Shown one piece after another: positions 60,109 to 64,000 of a DNA stretch of 64,000 bases. The stretch covers positions 29,788 to 93,787 of the forward strand of contig CALMMC010000125.1 in the NCBI GenBank assembly GCA_937868205.1, in the 5' to 3' direction. The notes under the pieces are model-generated. The model was not told where the DNA came from. It made no database searches and saw nothing but the letters and a program-made list of their open reading frames with translations. The position numbers were made by a program, and so were the translations under genes. Source of the DNA: an uncultured bacterium (GTDB lineage Bacteria > Acidobacteriota > Aminicenantia > Aminicenantales > UBA4085). The number at the start of each line of letters is the position of its first letter. Position 1 is the first letter of the stretch.

Positions 60109-61311
60109 TTACTCCAGGATTTCGGTGACGGTTCCGGCGCCGACGGTCCGTCCGCCCTCGCGGATGGCGAACCGCAGCCCCTTCTCCATCGCCACTTCCG
60201 AAATCAAGTCGATCTCCAGGTTCGCGTTGTCCCCGGGCATCACCATCTCCACGCCCTCCGGCAGCTTCGCGTTCCCCGTCACGTCCGTCGTCCGGAAAAA
60301 GAACTGCGGCCGGTACCCCGTGAAAAACGGCGTGTGCCGGCCCCCTTCTTCCTTCGTCAGGGCCACCACTTCCGCTTTAAACCGCTTGTGCGGCTTGATC
60401 GACCCCGGCTTGGCCAAAACCTGGCCCCGCTCCACGTCCGTCTTCCCAATCCCCCGCAGCAGACAACCGATGTTGTCCCCCGCCTGGGCCTGGTCCAGCA
60501 GCTTCCGGAACATCTCCACCCCGGTCACCACCGTCTTCCGCGTCTCCGTGAATCCGACGATTTCCACCTCGTCGCCCACCTTCACCGTCCCCCGGTCCAC
60601 CCGCCCCGTCACCACCGTCCCCCGGCCCGTGATCGTGAACACATCCTCCACGCTCATCAAAAACGGCTTGTCCACTTCCCGCGCCGGCTCCGGAATGAAC
60701 GTGTCCATCGCTTCAATCAAATCCCAAATCGGCTTCCCCCCGGGCCCCTCGATGTCTTCCATCGCCTTCGTCGCCGACCCCCGAATGATCGGCGTCGTGT
60801 CCCCGGGAAATCCGTACTTCGTCAACAGCTCCCGGACTTCCAGCTCCACCAGCTCCAGAATCTCCGGGTCGTCCACCAGGTCGCACTTGTTCAAAAATAC
60901 CACGATCGCCGGCACCATCACCTGCCGCGCCAGCAAAATGTGCTCCCGCGTCTGCGGCATCGGGCCGTCCGCCGCCGAGACCACCAGGATCGACCCGTCC
61001 ATCTGGGCCGCCCCCGAGATCATGTTCTTGATGTAATCGGCGTGCCCCGGACAGTCGATGTGCGCGTAATGCCGCTTCTCCGACTCGTATTCCACGTGGG
61101 CCAGGGCCACCGTCAGGATCTTCGTCGCGTCCCGACGGAACATCTTCGCGTCGGCTTTCGCCACATCGTCGTAGTTCTTCGCCTGCGCCAGCCCTTTCGT
61201 CGCCAGCACCTTCGTTATCGCCGCCGTCAACGTCGTCTTCCCGTGATCAATGTGCCCGATCGTCCCCACGTTCACATGGGGCTTCGTCCGCTCGAATTTC
61301 GCCTTTGCCAT
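60109..61311 (-). CDS. tuf: elongation factor Tu
   Basis: Start at the second ATG ([20 protein letters not shown]), with GGGAGGA 5 nt upstream. GHVDHGKT and DCPGH G-motifs. 400 aa. Confidence 0.97.
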   Translation of the reverse strand: MAKAKFERTKPHVNVGTIGHIDHGKTTLTAAITKVLATKGLAQAKNYDDVAKADAKMFRRDATKILTVALAHVEYESEKRHYAHIDCPGHADYIKNMISGAAQMDGSILVVSAADGPMPQTREHILLARQVMVPAIVVFLNKCDLVDDPEILELVELEVRELLTKYGFPGDTTPIIRGSATKAMEDIEGPGGKPIWDLIEAMDTFIPEPAREVDKPFLMSVEDVFTITGRGTVVTGRVDRGTVKVGDEVEIVGFTETRKTVVTGVEMFRKLLDQAQAGDNIGCLLRGIGKTDVERGQVLAKPGSIKPHKRFKAEVVALTKEEGGRHTPFFTGYRPQFFFRTTDVTGNAKLPEGVEMVMPGDNANLEIDLISEVAMEKGLRFAIREGGRTVGAGTVTEILE

Positions 61312-63419
61312 CATGTCCTCCCTTCATTATCGTAGGAAACCCGTCCCTCGATCCGGGCGACGATCTGCTCCATGATCTGGGGCGGAACGGCTTCGTAGGC
61401 ATGGAATTCCATCGTGAACACGCCGCGGCCCTGGGTCAGGGTCCGCAGAACCGTGGCATATCCGAACATCTCCGCAAGCGGCGCCAGGGCGTGGATGACC
61501 CGGGCGCCGGACCGCGCCTCCACGTTGTCGATCGCCCCGCGCCGGGCGTTGAGGTCGCCGACGACGTCCCCCAGGTATTCTTCGGGGGCGATGACCTCCA
61601 GCCGGGCGATGGGTTCCAGCAGCACGGGGACGGCCTTGACCGCGGCCGTCTTGAAAGCCGCGGAGGCGGCGATCTTGAAGGCCGCTTCGGTCGTCTCGTC
61701 CTCCCGGTGGTCGGCTTCCTTCAGAGTCACCTTGAGGTCGGTCATCGGAAAGCCGGCCAGCTGGCCGAAGTCCAGCGCTTCCCGGACGCCGTCCTCGACC
61801 GGGGCGGCGTAAACGTCCGGCAGGATCCCGCTTTTCAGCCGGTTCTCAAAAACGAAGCCGGCTTGCCGTCCCAACGGCTCGACGGCCAGGCGGATCCGGG
61901 CGTATTGGGGCTTTCCGGCGATCGGCCGGTCAACCACGCCCTCGCCCTCGGCCGCCCGAAGGATGGTTTCCTTGTAGGCGACCTGGGGCCGGCCCATGTT
62001 GACCCGGAGGCCGAACTCCCGGGACAGCCGGTCCGTCAGAATCTCCAAGTGAAGCTCGCCCATGCCGTAAATAAGGGTTTGCCCCGTGTTGGGATCCTGG
62101 GTGACGCGGAGGGTCGGATCCTCCTTGGTTAGCTTGGCCAGGGCCGTTTGGAGCTTGACGTGTTCGGCCCGGGTGCGCGGCTCCAGGACGGCCGAGATGA
62201 CCGGCTCCGGGAAACGGATCGCCTCGAGGATGACGGGCCGGTTCTTGGCGCAAAACGTATCGCCCGTGGAGACGGGCTTCATCGTCCCCATGGCCGCGAT
62301 GTCGCCGGTGAAGAGCTCCTTGACCTCCCGGCGCTTGTTGGAGTGCATCTCCAGGAACTTGCCGGGGCGCTCCTCGTCGTCCTTGTTGGAGTTGTAAAAG
62401 GCCGTCCCGGCCTTGGCTTTTCCGGAATAAACCCGGAAATAGGCCAGGGCGCCGAGGAAGGGATCGTTCTGAAGCTTGAAGACGAGGGCCGAAAACGGCT
62501 CGTCGTCGGAGGGGCGGCGGATTTCGCGGTGGTGGGTTTTTGGGTGGAAACCCTCGACGGGCGGGATGTCGGCCGGCGAGGGGAGGTAATCCACGATGGC
62601 GTTCAATAGGGGTTGAACGCCCTTGTTCCGGAACGAGGCTCCGTAGAGAACCGGCACGCATCGGCCGGCGAGGGTGGCCCGGCGGAGGGCGGCCTTGATG
62701 TCGGCCGGCGGGATTTCGGCGCCGGAGAGATAGACCTCGAGGAGCTGTTCGTCCGCCTCGGCCAGGGCCTCGATCATCTCGACCCGCCGGGCGCGGAACT
62801 CGGCCTCCTCGGCCTCTCCGATCGTCCGTTTTTCAAATTCCGTTCCGGTCACTTGCCTACCCCAGTCATATACTTGCATTTCCACCAGGTCGGCGACCCC
62901 CTGAAAGGAGTCCTCCCGTCCCAACGGCACCTGAATGGGGAGGGGATAAGCGCCGAGCCGTGAGCGTATCATCGCCACGGCGTGCTCCGGATCCGCCCCG
63001 ACGCGGTCCATCTTATTGATGAACGCGATCCGGGGCACCCGGTACTTATCCGCCTGCCGCCAGACAGTTTCGGATTGGGGCTCGACTCCACCGACTCCAC
63101 AAAGGATCACCACCGCTCCGTCCAGGACGCGCAGAGACCTCTCGACTTCCGCCGTGAAGTCAACGTGTCCGGGCGTATCGATGATGTTGATCCGGTGGTG
63201 GTTCCAGTAACAGGTGGTGGCGGCAGAGGTGATCGTTATGCCACGTTCCTGCTCTTGAGCCATCCAATCCATGACGGCCGTTCCCTCGTCCACTTCCCCG
63301 ATCTTGTACGTGATCCCGGTCGTGAAGAGGATCCGTTCCGTCGTGGTCGTCTTTCCCGCGTCGATATGGGCCAAGATCCCGATATTGCGGGTGTCGGCGA
63401 GCGGCGTTGTCCGCGTCAT
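61311..63419 (-). CDS. fusA: elongation factor G
   Basis: 702-aa ORF; [10 protein letters not shown]1 motif. 1-nt overlap with the tuf start. Confidence 0.97.
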   Translation of the reverse strand: MTRTTPLADTRNIGILAHIDAGKTTTTERILFTTGITYKIGEVDEGTAVMDWMAQEQERGITITSAATTCYWNHHRINIIDTPGHVDFTAEVERSLRVLDGAVVILCGVGGVEPQSETVWRQADKYRVPRIAFINKMDRVGADPEHAVAMIRSRLGAYPLPIQVPLGREDSFQGVADLVEMQVYDWGRQVTGTEFEKRTIGEAEEAEFRARRVEMIEALAEADEQLLEVYLSGAEIPPADIKAALRRATLAGRCVPVLYGASFRNKGVQPLLNAIVDYLPSPADIPPVEGFHPKTHHREIRRPSDDEPFSALVFKLQNDPFLGALAYFRVYSGKAKAGTAFYNSNKDDEERPGKFLEMHSNKRREVKELFTGDIAAMGTMKPVSTGDTFCAKNRPVILEAIRFPEPVISAVLEPRTRAEHVKLQTALAKLTKEDPTLRVTQDPNTGQTLIYGMGELHLEILTDRLSREFGLRVNMGRPQVAYKETILRAAEGEGVVDRPIAGKPQYARIRLAVEPLGRQAGFVFENRLKSGILPDVYAAPVEDGVREALDFGQLAGFPMTDLKVTLKEADHREDETTEAAFKIAASAAFKTAAVKAVPVLLEPIARLEVIAPEEYLGDVVGDLNARRGAIDNVEARSGARVIHALAPLAEMFGYATVLRTLTQGRGVFTMEFHAYEAVPPQIMEQIVARIEGRVSYDNEGRT

Positions 63420-63485
63420 TCGCCATCCTCGCTTTTTCCGGGCATCCGGCTTCTCCGAACCGCAGAATTTCGACCATGTATCGGA

Positions 63486-63956
63486 TCACCAACGATAATG
63501 GGCAAAGGCCCTATTGGCTTCGGCCATTTTGTGCGTGTCCTCGCGTTTCTTGACCGCGCCGCCCTTGTTTCCCAAGGCGTCGAGGATCTCCGACGCGAGC
63601 TTGTCCTTCATCGTCTTTCCGCCGCGCTCCTCGGCGTACTTAACGATCCAGCGGGCGCCGACCGAGAGCGAGCGGTTCAGCTCGACCTCGACCGGAACCT
63701 GGTAGGTCGCTCCGCCGACGCGGCGCGATTTCGTTTCGACCATCGGACGAACGTTGTCCATGGCCTTTTCAAACATCTTCAGGGGGTCTTCCTTGGTTTT
63801 CTCCTGGACGATGTCCATCGCCCCGTAGACGATGTTTTCAGCCGTGCTCCGCTTCCCCTTCTGCATCACCGTCGTGATGAACTTGGTGATGAGGGTGGAG
63901 CCGTACTTTTGATCCCCCAGGGGTTTGCGCTTCTTGATGATTCCGCGGCGTGGCAT
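63486..63956 (-). CDS. rpsG: 30S ribosomal protein S7
   Basis: 156-aa ORF. Confidence 0.95.
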   Translation of the reverse strand: MPRRGIIKKRKPLGDQKYGSTLITKFITTVMQKGKRSTAENIVYGAMDIVQEKTKEDPLKMFEKAMDNVRPMVETKSRRVGGATYQVPVEVELNRSLSVGARWIVKYAEERGGKTMKDKLASEILDALGNKGGAVKKREDTHKMAEANRAFAHYRW

Positions 63957-63971
63957 GGCGATTTCTCCCCG

Positions 63972-64000
63972 TTACGAACCGGCCCGCTTTTCCTTGGGAC
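63972..64000 (-). CDS. rpsL: 30S ribosomal protein S12, 3' end only (truncated by the window edge)
   Basis: The reverse-strand frame ends ...PKEKRAGS-stop at 63972-63974, at the expected position upstream of rpsG. Confidence 0.5.

Noticed and set aside
1-64000. tRNA, rRNA, tmRNA, RNase P or SRP RNA genes
   Set aside because: No intergenic region shows a cloverleaf-compatible T-loop motif (GGTTCGAATCC-like) or rRNA-like conserved stretches. Intergenic gaps are short and explained by promoters or terminators.

Overview
High-GC (about 65-70%) bacterial chromosomal segment. Long antisense and alternate-frame ORFs in the six-frame track are pervasive GC-content artefacts and were not called. No rRNA, tRNA, CRISPR array or mobile element was recognised; all calls are from motif and pattern reading only.

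Positions 1-44.6 kb hold a mix of housekeeping and accessory genes:
- a Tat-secreted Gfo/Idh/MocA oxidoreductase;
- an HExxH zincin-like protein;
- a Ddl-family ATP-grasp ligase;
- a YgjP/DUF45 hydrolase;
- a patatin-like lipase;
- an acyl-CoA/AMP ligase;
- a 7TM-PAS-GAF-HisKA_2 sensor kinase;
- an mtnP-pfkB-tnaA-like operon;
- larC-folE-metG;
- tsaC;
- an OMP plus LEA_2-domain pair;
- cca-galE;
- mltD-like;
- a DAK2-DegV fusion;
- DUF1295;
- a CDF transporter;
- a SAM methyltransferase.

The most unusual locus is 31.2-38.3 kb. A GapN-like aldehyde dehydrogenase is translationally coupled by an ATGA overlap to a 1399-aa protein with about 890 aa of unrecognised N-terminus fused to a PEP-synthase/PPDK-type ATP-grasp plus phosphohistidine swivel domain and no PEP/pyruvate TIM-barrel domain. 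A divergent, extended GAPDH-family gene sits on the opposite strand.

Downstream is a cluster of three signal-peptide-bearing amidohydrolase-superfamily paralogues, one of them a tandem two-domain fusion, plus a secreted creatininase-family protein.

Positions 44.9-64 kb carry the compact, minus-strand str-S10-spc-alpha ribosomal superoperon, from the rpsL 3' end through rplQ, ending in a clear Rho-independent terminator.

Non-coding observations:
- two copies of a conserved ~86-nt palindromic extragenic element placed immediately after stop codons;
- a 32-bp tandem repeat (3 copies) between convergent genes;
- two identical TTGACA-17-TATGTT promoters and two TGnTAAAAT extended -10 promoters;
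- several operator-like perfect palindromes;
- an unusual CxxC...CxxC zinc-ribbon-like C-terminus on ribosomal protein uL24.
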